64,000 bases of DNA from positions 32,001 through 96,000 of the forward strand of contig BK006936.2 in the NCBI GenBank assembly GCA_000146045.2. The letters run 5' to 3'. The number at the start of each line of letters is the position of its first letter. Within the stretch, counting starts at the first letter, position 1. Made by a program: the position numbers and the translations under genes. Shown in pieces: positions 11,105-25,000 of this stretch. This DNA is from TPA_inf: Saccharomyces. Its lineage: Eukaryota. The notes under the pieces are model-generated. The model saw only the letters and a program-made list of their open reading frames with translations. It had not been told where the DNA came from and searched no databases.

Positions 11105-11131
11105 TTTTTTTTTTTTTTTTTTTTTTTTTTT
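11105..11131. repeat. Homopolymeric T27 tract (poly(dA:dT)) in the BRN1 3' flank
   Basis: 27 consecutive T read directly. This is likely a nucleosome-excluding element of the downstream promoter or the terminator. Confidence 0.9.
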
Positions 11132-11276
11132 GTGCTGCAAAGTTTCTTAAAGCCTTCGGGCTTACGAAATCCTTTATCGCCGAAAGGGGACCGCTTCGAA
11201 AAGTGGATATAAAACAAGGTATTTATTTTTATAGACAATGACCAAATGACAGGATAGATCGAGGGTGAGTTCCAAT

Positions 11277-12089
11277 ATGTCCAGAACTATTCCATTTCTA
11301 TTTAAATTAGTCAACAGGGCAGTAATTTTGCCTACGGCAGGTTTTACATTAGGAGTTGGTGCGTTTGTAAAGGCGTGGCCCGATGATGCCGGTGTTCTAT
11401 CATTGAATGATCCGCAAACGCCAGCGGAGTTGATTAGTGCGACCAAGAGCCGCCAACCTATGGAGCTGCAGAGGGTTGACATCCTCGCTCAAATCGAGAA
11501 AAGCGAGGTTTACAACAAGTTGGCCCAGGATGAGAAGATGCACCATGTCTTATTCAGTGAGAAAATACCAAGCGGGCATAGGGAATATCATGTAGGACAA
11601 GGCCTCTTGTTCGGCAAGGGGAAGCTTGAAATTGATCCTTTGGTGTTCCATGATGTGAATCACGGTGAATTAACCGTGATTTATCACTTAGGTGCTGAGT
11701 TAGGGAATCGAGACGGTAACGTCCATAAGGGCTTGTTGTCATTGTTGCTGGATGAAGCATTGTGCTATTGTGGCTTCCCTTTGTTGCCTAGTAAAAGAGG
11801 TGTAACTGCAAGGCTGTCGCTAGAGTTTTTTGAGGACATTCCTGTAGATACTACGATTATACTAAAAGCAAACGTCAAAGAGATTAAAGGCAGAAAGTGT
11901 ATCATTGAGGGACACTTGGAACAGTTTCCGTTGGAAGTTTCTTCTCGAAATGGAACTAGAAGTTGGAACTTACCACATATTTGGGGTTTCAACCATAAGC
12001 AGGAGATGGCAAAAAAATTTGCCAAGGCCAATTGTATTCTCGTTGAGCCTACTTGGTTCAAATATTTTAAATGGCTTGATATGTTTTGA
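11277..12089 (+). CDS. MRX3: Mitochondrial protein of unknown function (YBL095W-like), 270 aa
   Basis: The ORF track start at 11265 is GTG. The first ATG is at 11277, giving MSRTIPFLFKLVNRAVILPTAG...; the 270-aa length matches YBL095W. The dubious antisense ORFs overlapping both of its ends are not called. Confidence 0.75.
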   Translation: MSRTIPFLFKLVNRAVILPTAGFTLGVGAFVKAWPDDAGVLSLNDPQTPAELISATKSRQPMELQRVDILAQIEKSEVYNKLAQDEKMHHVLFSEKIPSGHREYHVGQGLLFGKGKLEIDPLVFHDVNHGELTVIYHLGAELGNRDGNVHKGLLSLLLDEALCYCGFPLLPSKRGVTARLSLEFFEDIPVDTTIILKANVKEIKGRKCIIEGHLEQFPLEVSSRNGTRSWNLPHIWGFNHKQEMAKKFAKANCILVEPTWFKYFKWLDMF

Positions 12090-12255
12090 AAAAGCATGCC
12101 TGTCTCAAAATAGCCTATTCCGTGTTAATTAATATTCTATATTCAAAAAAGTTAAACATATATACTGCATGTACTTACCGCCGAAGCACAAACGTGCCAC
12201 TTCCATGAACACTTGCTCTTTATTTATAGTGGGGCTGATATGCGATGGCGTAAAG

Positions 12256-12918
12256 CTACTCCAGCCTCCTTCTTTTCATATCCTCATGACTGTCACTATG
12301 TGTTGGTGTAGCCATCGAACTTCCACTAGATTTGTTCTTCCTTTTCTTACTATTGTTACCTGAATTTGAGCCGGATTGGCTTTTTCCTGTACCGTCTAGA
12401 TCAAACGCCAAGTCGTCTATATCAAACGGCGCTTGGGCTCCCCCTTGGTTCTGGTTTGCGAACTCGCTTGGATATGACCTTTCAAACTGCGATAGTACCG
12501 AAGAGCAAAGGTCCCAATCGAAATTTGGAGGCTGAAACAATGCTATGTCTCTATTGCGCAGCTGTTCGCGCCATTGTTGCTCTGACATGTTTTGACCCTG
12601 CTGAGGTGGTTGTATCATCATGTCTGGGTTATTTTGGAAAAGAATATGTGCTATTTGACCACCTTTACCATTTTCTCTGGTCGGTATGGTGGAGAATTTA
12701 CCTGAAAGATCTGCTATCTGGTTCTTGTAAGATTTTCTTAGCTTCACGGCTTTAGTGCCGTCCAAATTTGTTCTTGCCACTTGCCTGGAGATGTCATCCA
12801 AGCCATACACCGATATCAAGTCCTGTAGAGGATTTGGTTGTTGGTACGTATATGTAGTTTCCGGATCCACGTAATAGTAGTATGAGGGGACTGTAGTTTC
12901 GTCCACTCTAGAAGCCAT
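12256..12918 (-). CDS. ROX3: Mediator complex subunit Med19 (220 aa)
   Basis: [42 protein letters not shown]... The ORF track extends 15 codons upstream. It was trimmed to the ATG at 12918-12916, which gives the known N-terminus. Confidence 0.85.
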   Translation of the reverse strand: MASRVDETTVPSYYYYVDPETTYTYQQPNPLQDLISVYGLDDISRQVARTNLDGTKAVKLRKSYKNQIADLSGKFSTIPTRENGKGGQIAHILFQNNPDMMIQPPQQGQNMSEQQWREQLRNRDIALFQPPNFDWDLCSSVLSQFERSYPSEFANQNQGGAQAPFDIDDLAFDLDGTGKSQSGSNSGNNSKKRKNKSSGSSMATPTHSDSHEDMKRRRLE

Positions 12919-13167
12919 TATTATCGTATTCCTTTTTCGTTCACTTACTATTGCTATTCGCACTCACTACAGATCTATATTTTATGTTCCACCCTGTTGT
13001 CAGATCAGGAAAGGAATGAAGAGGCTCTATTTAAACCAAATACACCTCTTCGTTTCTCAATATTGTTGGGCTTTCCTTTTTTTTTTCCTTCCACGTCTAT
13101 CTATTGTCTCTATCAAAATTAGGAAAAAGAAATGAAGAACGATGAGCCAAACGAGGCTGAGACAATC

Positions 13168-13203
13168 ATGCATCCGTACATTCTATGTATGTTTGGGTGT
13201 ATC
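13168..13203. promoter_or_regulatory. Two adjacent Rap1-like sites (ribosomal-protein-gene UAS) in the ROX3/RPL32 divergent intergenic region
   Basis: ATGCATCCGTACATTC (about 13168-13186) is immediately followed by TGTATGTTTGGGTGTAT (about 13186-13203). The second site is the reverse complement of ACACCCAAACATACA. These resemble the ACACCCRYACAYM Rap1 consensus. A T-rich tract follows at 13205-13225. Confidence 0.5.
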
Positions 13204-13644
13204 TTTCCAGATTCGGTTCTTTTTTTTTTTCAGTCCAATTGAAAAAAAAAAGGAACAGGAACAACGGGTCGAAATTTGCCGTCACATTCAGAGCGAAGAG
13301 CGACAGGGGAATTGGTGGGCTAACCACCTGTTGAGCCCAGCTAGCAGCTGTCGGTAAACCGTCGTTGGGCGGGGCGCGACAATGCAGCCAGCGGAGGCAT
13401 TGTATGGTTTCCGTCTGGAGAGTGGGCTTAGCCGGCCTGGCACTCCTTCTCTAAGCAGAGTGAGAAGGGAATCTTTTTACTGGAGAAGAGTGTTTGAATC
13501 CAGCAGAAGGTAATACGCACCTTTCTCATCTATTTGCAGAATCGTTTTATTAAAATACTTTTAAAGAATTTAGATTTTGATAATTAGTTCATTCTCTTTT
13601 ACAAAGATAATCACCAAACAGGGACAATACACTGAACGATAAAA

Positions 13645-14370
<726 letters not shown>

Positions 14371-14564
14371 ATTAAATAAAGATTTACAAAATAATAACCT
14401 TCATTTAATTTTAAATTTCAATAAAAAAATATCAAATCAAACATGACTTTTAAATCTACCATTAGATAATTGTATAAAGTGATTTATTGTTTTTTAATTT
14501 TGTTTTCATTATCTATCAAAACTAGGGCATTCTTCCTCACTTTTAGTGATAAACTTTTGTAAAC

Positions 14565-15180
14565 TCAGTAGTATATCCAGCCGACGAGCAATGCGATAAC
14601 GGTGATGATAAGCAATGCTCTGGAACTCAGACTTTGCCCGTTACCTGCTGATGGCGCTCTTGCTGATTCTGCATCGTGGTTTCCAGACGGTTTTCTTTTC
14701 GGTAACACGGAGTGAAATATTTTGATCTTCTTGAAGACTATGTCATCTTTGTACTGCTCTTCCAGATTAGGCCAATCGGACAACAGCTCGCCATCCTCCA
14801 CGTTTTGGTAAGCTGCCGGGATAGGAAGTGTAACGATCAAGAATTTGTCTCGTTTTTGGTCCATTTCATCGTCAGCGGTTGACTTGGGTAATCCAAGGAA
14901 AACAATTTGGACATTTACACTTTCATGAGCACCTATGATGGCCACATTGGGCCTCACACAATACTTTGTGGGAGCACTAGTCCTCACTTTAAATATAACT
15001 CTCTTTTCACCATCGTTCTCGAGCTTTATATACTCTGTTGATTGTTTATTAAGGGGAGCTGAAGTATTACATATTAGTAACCTGTTGCATCGCACCAAAA
15101 AAGGTAGCAAAGTTTCCCGCACACTAGCAATTCTCGTCAAACATACCCTTGAACACCAGCTTTTCTGGCACTATTCTCAT
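14565..15180 (-). CDS. SCS22: VAP-family MSP-domain protein. Two exons: 15147-15180 and 14565-15058. 175 aa.
   Basis: The spliced product is MRIVPEKLVFK|APLNKQSTEYIKLENDGEKRVIFKVRTSAPTKYCVRPN..., an MSP domain plus a C-terminal TM helix. Exon 1 is 34 nt ending AAGG. The intron is 15059-15146. Confidence 0.85.
15059..15146 (-). other. SCS22 intron (88 nt)
   Basis: Minus strand: GTATGTTTGACG...GGTTACTAATATGTAATACTTCAG. The 5'SS is GTATGT. The branch-like TACTAAT is one mismatch from TACTAAC. The 3'SS is CAG. Splicing restores the frame and gives the known SCS22 N-terminus. Confidence 0.8.
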
Positions 15181-15362
15181 TGTTTACTCGTCTGAACTAG
15201 TGCTTATATTATCTGTCGTCATACCACTGTTTGAGACCCCCATAGGTCTTATATAAGGTAATGCATCATTCTAAACGGGCGGCAAGCCATATTAAACTAT
15301 CTATATAACTACAACAGTATTCATATACCTAGTGAGGAGGCCATTTGAAAGCGCATTTTACC

Positions 15363-16631
<1,269 letters not shown>

Positions 16632-16779
16632 TCAATACGGTAGAGCTTCTACAGTACTTGTTGATGTAAAAGCCCACTTATTAGCTTCTTGCTATGGCTT
16701 CCTTTCTTTTTTAAGTTCGCTTCTTTCCCAAGATTGAAAATAAAAAATAAGTGAGACCAGGTCATTAAAGGTCCCTTGA

Positions 16780-17358
<579 letters not shown>

Positions 17359-17573
17359 TCGTACCATCAACTCTTGAATATTGTGAAATTTTCGCCATTG
17401 ATTTCCGTCTTTGTAAATAGGTAATGCGTAACTATTTAGTTAAATTTTTGTATATTTTTTATTCTATGACTTCACTTATCCATTATTTCCATCGTCAAAA
17501 AAAGGAAATAAATACTGTTGCTCGAACGAACAGCAAGATAAAGTGGAAACGAAAAGTAAGCAGCTTCCTCAAT

Positions 17574-18953
17574 ATGCCGTCAAACGTACGTTCGGGAGTC
17601 TTAACTTTGCTCCATACAGCATGTGGAGCAGGCGTACTTGCAATGCCGTTTGCATTCAAGCCATTTGGGTTAATGCCTGGTCTGATAACGCTAACATTTT
17701 GCGGAATATGTTCCTTATGTGGGCTGCTATTACAGACTCGAATAGCGAAGTACGTACCTAAATCTGAGAACGCCTCGTTTGCTAAACTCACCCAACTAAT
17801 CAATCCGTCAATAAGTGTAGTGTTCGATTTTGCCATTGCTGTTAAATGTTTTGGCGTTGGTGTATCTTACTTAATTATTGTTGGTGACTTAGTGCCACAG
17901 ATAGTGCAGTCAATTTTTTATCGTAACGATGATAACATGAGTGGTTCGCAAGAGCATCACATGTTCTTAGACAGGCGTTTGTATATAACTCTGATCATAG
18001 TGTTTGTTATCTCCCCTTTATGCTTTAAAAGAAGTTTGAATTCTCTACGATATGCTTCTATGATTGCCATTGTTAGTGTCGCATATTTATCTGGTTTGAT
18101 TATTTACCATTTTGTAAATCGGCATCAGCTAGAGAGAGGGCAAGTATATTTTATGGTACCTCACGGAGATTCTCAGTCTCATTCTCCCCTGACTACATTG
18201 CCAATTTTTGTGTTTGCTTACACTTGTCACCACAATATGTTCAGTGTAATTAATGAGCAAGTGGATAAGAGCTTCAAGGTAATCAGGAGGATTCCGATTT
18301 TTGCCATCGTGTTGGCCTATTTTTTATACATCATAATTGGTGGTACAGGTTATATGACATTTGGTGAGAATATTGTAGGAAATATCCTCACTTTATACCC
18401 GAATTCCATCTCCACCACCATCGGGAGGTTAGCAATGCTGCTATTAGTTATGTTAGCATTTCCATTGCAATGCCATCCTTGCAGATCATCGGTAAAAAAC
18501 ATAATTATATTCATTGAAAATTTCAGAAAAGGTAAGTTATACGATAACAGAGCTAGCTTTATTCCATTAGACAACTTTAATAGTGAAGATCCGCAGGAGG
18601 CGCCAACCCAACAAAACAACGAAGAGCCAAATCTGCGTAGTGAGTCTTTACGGCATATCAATATTATCACCCTTTGTATCTTACTGTTCTCATATCTACT
18701 GGCTATTTCAATTACGTCTCTAGCAAAAGTCCTAGCAATAGTTGGTGCCACGGGATCTACGTCGATTTCTTTCATTTTGCCAGGCCTTTTTGGTTATAAA
18801 TTAATTGGCTCAGAATTTACGGGCACGAATGAAAGAGTACCGACAAGCATAAAAATATTCAAATACTTAAGTTTATCTCTATTCATCTGGGGGATAGCAG
18901 TAATGGTAGCTTCACTATCAGCGATTGTATTTTTGGGCACATCATCACATTGA
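17574..18953 (+). CDS. AVT5: Vacuolar amino-acid transporter family protein (AVT/SLC36-like), 459 aa
   Basis: The first ATG that gives the known N-terminus MPSNVRSGVLTLLHTACGAGVLAMPFAFKPFG is at 17574. The ORF track has an upstream in-frame extension. Multi-TM amino-acid/auxin permease fold. Confidence 0.8.
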   Translation: MPSNVRSGVLTLLHTACGAGVLAMPFAFKPFGLMPGLITLTFCGICSLCGLLLQTRIAKYVPKSENASFAKLTQLINPSISVVFDFAIAVKCFGVGVSYLIIVGDLVPQIVQSIFYRNDDNMSGSQEHHMFLDRRLYITLIIVFVISPLCFKRSLNSLRYASMIAIVSVAYLSGLIIYHFVNRHQLERGQVYFMVPHGDSQSHSPLTTLPIFVFAYTCHHNMFSVINEQVDKSFKVIRRIPIFAIVLAYFLYIIIGGTGYMTFGENIVGNILTLYPNSISTTIGRLAMLLLVMLAFPLQCHPCRSSVKNIIIFIENFRKGKLYDNRASFIPLDNFNSEDPQEAPTQQNNEEPNLRSESLRHINIITLCILLFSYLLAISITSLAKVLAIVGATGSTSISFILPGLFGYKLIGSEFTGTNERVPTSIKIFKYLSLSLFIWGIAVMVASLSAIVFLGTSSH

Positions 18954-19018
18954 GTTTGTACATTACTTTTCGTATTTCTATAAACAAAAAAAAGAAGTAT
19001 AAAGCATCTGCATAGCAA

Positions 19019-22000
19019 TTAATAAAAAGGTGACCATCCCATATATATAACACTCAAATTTGATGGATCCGTGGCTTGCTGAATCAAATCTTGTACGCTA
19101 GACTCTACACTTAGTCCATTACCCATAAGCTTCTCTTCTACACCTTTAAGGGCCCTATAAGACTCTTGGTTTTCGTTCCTGTCGTTGTTACTTATGAACT
19201 TGCTGACGTTATCGAAATTTGTAATTTCATGTTCTTCTTCAAATAAGTGTTCGTATTTTTTAACTGGTGACATTACCCAGGAATAAAGGGGATCCCATTT
19301 TAAGATATTCAAAACACACATCACCTTGACATAATCTTTTCTTAATACTGCGTAAACTCTTTCACAACTCCGCCTGAATAGGCCATCCACGCCTGTGACT
19401 CCAAATCCATCAACGATATCTCTAGTTAATCTGAAAGGGACCAACTCTGGAATGGGGAGTAATTTTCCCTGATCAAACGCAATTCCCAGGTCTATATGAA
19501 TAGGCTCCCCTGTTGAGCAGTCAAGCAGGATATTGTTTAAGTGCCTATCACCGAGGCCTAATATGTATCCAACGATAGAGCTAGCTGCGACACCTTTTGT
19601 GTACGTTTTCTTAGCTTCAAACCAATCCAACGGATCGGGAAAGGAATCAAAAAAAAAGTTTCTTAACTGCGGTTTTATTTCATTAGTGATTTTTAAATAA
19701 GCTTTCAGCCTCTCTTCATTTGATTTTGTTTGAACTGCTTTCATGCCTTTTCTTGCCTGATCGAAGGTTATCTTATCGTTGGTATGTAGCTTACTCAAAA
19801 TTTGATGTAATGATGTAGAATTTGCGACAAATTCAATGATTCCTGCCTTTGGTCCTAATGGAACCACTTTGTATGTTCTAATACCCAGATCTAGATTTCT
19901 TAATACTTTATCATTTTGTAGAACTTTATTAACTTGTTGAAACACTTGTTCCATAATTGCATCTTGTCTCAAATCGTCATTACTTCCTTTCATCAAAGCT
20001 TTCTGCGTTGTACCATCTGAGATGTTGAAGGTGACTATTTTCGGCAGGGACAATCCTGTGGTAGTAATGCCTACTGTTTCATTGACGGATACAATATAAG
20101 GGCGGGCTTTTCTTCCATCAGCAGAACTTTTGACTGTAAAATTACTGGTCGGTAGGGGAAGCTTCTCCATGTTTAGCTGTTTCAGCCAATATTGGCCAAT
20201 CTTCAAATTAGCTAAGCGTAACGTCTTCGTATTTTGCACAAACTTAAGATTAGCTAACTCTACAGACATCTCGCAAAACTCTTGCACAGGAAGTAAATAC
20301 TTTTTCGCAAAGGCACCCCTGTCATATCCTTGCAATTCTAAAAGAATCTTTTTGACAGCTTGAATTTTTTGGGATATGTTGGTGTCCTTATTGGATTGCT
20401 TTTCATATAGTAGTATGCTCATCACTGAATAAAGGGAGTCATACGGTAGTTTGTAAAGAAGTCGTTTCATGGTTAGTTGCAATGGCTTTTGAAATTCATT
20501 CTCCTCCATAGATATTTTTGACGCAATCTGATTGACCCAGGGCAAAAACTTCCAGCTCGGTATTGTTCCAATTTCTTTATATAGTAATTGATTGATCTTG
20601 CTATTGTCATCATTCTCGAACCATAAACCACAAAACTTATCAATAATGTCATTATCATATCTGTTGCTGAAAACTAAGGTATTGAGATAGAAATGGAGTG
20701 CATGCCATAAAAATTTTTCTTTTTGAAGAAGCAGTGCCTTTAGTACTTCAGAATCTCTATTATATTGTAGCAAGACACGATTATAATGCCTTTTCGCATC
20801 TTTTCTTTCATTTTCTGGTAATTTTGTGTTTTTATATATCAGCTCCAAAGCTTTCAAGGTAGATTTTCCAGTATATGACCTATGTTCTCTATCTTCGATT
20901 TCTCCATTTGATCGTAACTTTTGTGCCTGTTCATCCAGAAAACTTCCGAGTGTGTAGAAAACATCAGAACATGATTCATGATCTTCGACATTTATATCCC
21001 AATTGACAATGATTTTTTCATATATTGCAGCAGCTGGTTCAAGCCTTGATTCTGAGCTCCATTTAACTAGTCGAGCTTTAATTTGGTCCATAGGCACATT
21101 AATGAGTAGCTTAAAATCGTCATAAAGGATACTTTCGCTAATATTCTTCTCATTTTGAGCTAAAAGATCTCTCATTATCATTACAGGTGCCTTGTACTCT
21201 CGAGACTCCCAGAGGGCATTAGCAGATGTGAAACTTGCCAATTTCTCAATTTGAGATACTACAGAGGGATCATCGTATAATTTTGCAATATTCTTCACTG
21301 TTTTGCTCATTAGAGTGGCATTTCGTAACGCATCTTGAGGCGCACCATTGGCAATTGCCAGCTGAACGTAATTAGCAAGCTGAATAATGGATCCAAGGCG
21401 TAAATATTTCGAGCATTTTACGTTTTCATCTAATGAATTCCTCGAGAGCACATTCATTAAAGTATGTCTACTCTTTAACGTTGTTTTGTGATCATAGAAG
21501 TCTATTGTATTAAGTCTCTCCTTATCGGCCTTCATAATAGACATCAATGTTTGGGGGAAGGAAGTAACGTCCTGAGGGATTGCTGCTATTTTTATAAATT
21601 CAATAATCGCGTTCAGAGTATCCATCCATTCAGTTTGGCTAATAAAATGTTGTCGAGAATCAAAAATAGTTAATAAGGATTTTTCTAAACTTTTTTCAGC
21701 AAAACCAACGTCCTGTGGTAAATTTTTTATGGCATAGTATAAACCTTTGGCTTTGGAATCAACAACTTTTGGAGTCAATAGCTTCCAGTCTCCCAATTCT
21801 AAATTCCATTTGTAGACATCACTGGATCCAGAAAGTCTACTTTCCAATAAGCTTGTCAACCCGTAGAAACCGCTATCTTCTGTGGCCTTGATTAATGATT
21901 CCTTTTCCTCTTCTAGTGAAGTAGTGTAATTGGCATCAAAATCGGCGTTGTTGAAAAGAAAACGTTTCCACGTATCTGAGTCAATTCTATTGATAGAGTT

Positions 22001-25000
22001 CAAAACACCCTCTATTGAGTGTGGAACAGGTAAGCCTGCTAGAAAATCGCCGTCATTTATGCATTCGTAAATCTTCTGAAGTGTATTTATATTCATTTCT
22101 CTTATGTTTGGCATGTTCATTTCCTCAAATAACAAATAGCCAAACTTGAACTCTTTTATTTTAAGAGAAATTTGACATATTTCTTGTAAATCTAAGCTAG
22201 AATATATGCGCAGACAGTTTCGTTCCTTGCATCTAGAACCCATCCTAATCATTTTAATTACATTGAAAAGCATCTTTAGCTTTATCTCAGAATCTTTAAC
22301 ATGCAGCAACATTGCTATTTGAGTGAATATTCGATTGCTCCAATTCAAACAGCTTTTCGGATCGTAAGTCGTTGAAAGAAAAAAGAGGTCAGTAAGTACT
22401 AATTCACAAAAAGCTGTTGATCCTTTGCATAAAGGATACAAGCAAACAATAGGAGGTATATTAAATGATATTTGGTGAATCAAACTACGGGCGAATTTGC
22501 TTAGCCAGCAGTTGTAGGGTTCGTTCACTGACAAATAAGTATCGCATATGAATGATTCCATCCCAAAATTGTTTGCCAACGGGTATATAGCATTCAGTAC
22601 ATCCTTGTCCAATGGAGCAACTTTATCTTTGTTCTCGTTCATTATGTTATCCCTAAAACAAAATTCACTTTCGCTATTTCCTATTGAGTAGCCCACTAGG
22701 TACGTTAGAATGCACTCAGAAATAAAAAACACTTCAGTAGAATCATATAACTCAGCTTCTTTATTGAAGGTCGAAATACGTTGGTATATCATATGTGGTT
22801 GTTCGGGATGGCGAAATACCATTTCAAAGTTTTTCAAATGAACTTCATTATTAAAGTTTGTAGATCTCTCTCTTTGAACTTCTTGCTGTAAAATTCTTCT
22901 TGAAAGAGCAGCGAACCATAGTTTGAAGTTTTTACTCAAATATTCCTTTGGAACATGGTGTTTCAAAATGTTAATTGCAGCAGCTTTAGAAAGCGAACAA
23001 CCGATTTTTGAAGCTACCGGTCTCCTGGCATAAGAAAAGAGTAAAGAAACCAATACAACATCGTCTACGCCACAATCACTAGCATCCAAAAGTTCCGTAT
23101 TTTCATAAATATCATCTTGGACTATATTTCCGAATATTGCATCAAGGCAGTATTTCCAAGTTTTTATTTTGATGAGATCCCGATGCTCTAAAAGCTTTAT
23201 AGCCTGCTGGAAGGATGGACTGAGCTGTTTGTTTTCCCTCAAATAAATGAATATTTTGCAAAATAAATTGGGCAGAGATGGCTCTATTTCAAACGTATTT
23301 TTGTCAGCCAGATTTAACAATGAGCTGAAAATTGTTATTACTTCATCGTGAATTTGTGTATCTATTAAGAATTTTGAAAGCCGAATTATGATGAAGTTTA
23401 AAGTTGATGATTTTACAAGTACATTCTCATACAACACAAAAAGATATTTTAACTCCCTTGCACATCGCAGTTTTCCTATGTAAGTCGATGTCTTTTCAAG
23501 GTCTGTAATAACCGATAAAAACAAAAGCTTGAATTCGTGTGTGTTGTTCTTTTCATGAGCAAACTGCGTCTGAACTAAGGTTGCTCCTAATGCCAAGGGT
23601 ATATGAAGTGGGTATTGATACCTCATTGAAACACTGGAATTTTCAAATAAATATGGCGAAAGGTATGAAGTTGGGAATAATTTTTCAACAGTAGATCTAA
23701 GTTCAGTAAGTGAGCCCAAATCAGTAAATCTTATGATCCACTTTAACATCAGTAGACGGTATTTTTTATGGTATTTTACTGTTGTTTTACCTGATATTTG
23801 GGGCAATATATCAAATATTAGTTCATTCACACCGCCACTGATAAAGGCAAGTGGAATACACAAGTAATAGCTGTTATCCACCAGATAAGCATCACCGTTT
23901 CCAGTAATCGCGTGTAACATGTCTAAGATCCATTTTTGGTTGAAACCTTGAGAAAAGTAGATTGCAGAAATTTCTACAAAGTATCTTCCTAAAAATTCAT
24001 GAATATCGGCAAATCCAAAAAGAGATATATCCCATTCTTTCTCCAATTTAGAAGTAGGGACTTTTGTTCTGTTAAACCAGTACATAATCAAATCAAACTT
24101 ACAATATTCGAAGAGCTCTGTAAGGTTTTGGTAGCGAAAAGCGACCGTAATTTTGTTCAGAGCTTGTTGGATAAACGCACGAGTATGATTGAAGCCAGAG
24201 TATGTCATCATATCCTCCAAAGAAAAAACTAAGCTTGGGTAAGACACCAAAGACAACATGGACATTGCAAGAGAGTAGAAAGCGGACTTTTCAATACTTT
24301 GCTGAGGCGGACCAAATAAGCTCTTAATCTCATAAAATATGATACTTTGATTCTTATAGCTCACTTGGGCCATATAACTCGAAATACTGTTCATTATGTT
24401 AATAATATTGGAGGAGTCTAGCTTTTGCAGGCATTTAATAAAAGTTGCAAAGACTCTCTGCTTCCCACCTCTGATTGATCCGTGGGAAAGATCATGATTT
24501 TGAAGTAGGCTAAGCAGCAGCATAGAAAGGTTGACCGTAGGGGCCACACCAGTGAAAGAATTGTCCTCAAATCTAGATATGATCCAGTCCAGGATATCAT
24601 TGCAGTCCGAATTCAAAGGCTGCTCGGGGTAAGATAACCATTGAGGTCTTATTGCTTCGATATAAGATGTAAGTAAAAGCATAGCTTGATTGGAAGAACT
24701 ATAGTGGTTGCAAAGCAATTTTTCACCCAAGACTTCAGTGAATTCTTCCAGGATTTTGTTGTAAGAAGATTTCTCCCCGATTGCTTGTTTTAACCACTGG
24801 CAAACAGTGCCAAGATAAGATATAAATACATCTGTGCTAACGCAATCAGAAAATTCCAATATGGCTACCAAACGCTCTGAAATGGATTTATTTCTTGAAG
24901 ACCATAGGTAAGCTCGCACTGCTTTATCTATAGTGGAGTGCAGAGGCTTCTGAAATCTACCTCCAATTGTGTACGGACTATTATTCTGGGTAGTGTCTTC

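Noticed and set aside
11174-11482. Small ORFs antisense to, or overlapping, conserved genes: 11174-11482 and 11765-12097 on MRX3, 37713-38138 on ALG3, 48897-49328 on ILS1, 55346-55957 on AAR2, 58223-58549 and 58605-58925 around KTI11/AST1, 29560-29943 inside YBL086C, and many within TEL1.
   Set aside because: Each overlaps a longer, clearly conserved CDS on the opposite strand. Several start with TTG or GTG in the ORF track. They have no independent promoter or terminator context and their translations are low-complexity. These correspond to the class of dubious ORFs in yeast annotations.
13300-13450. GC-rich 150-bp block as a possible stand-alone structured ncRNA or Pol III gene
   Set aside because: There are no A/B boxes, no C/D or H/ACA boxes, and no T-run terminator. 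It is better explained as the Hmo1/Fhl1-type GC-rich spacer of a ribosomal-protein promoter, and it has a counterpart at RPS8A.
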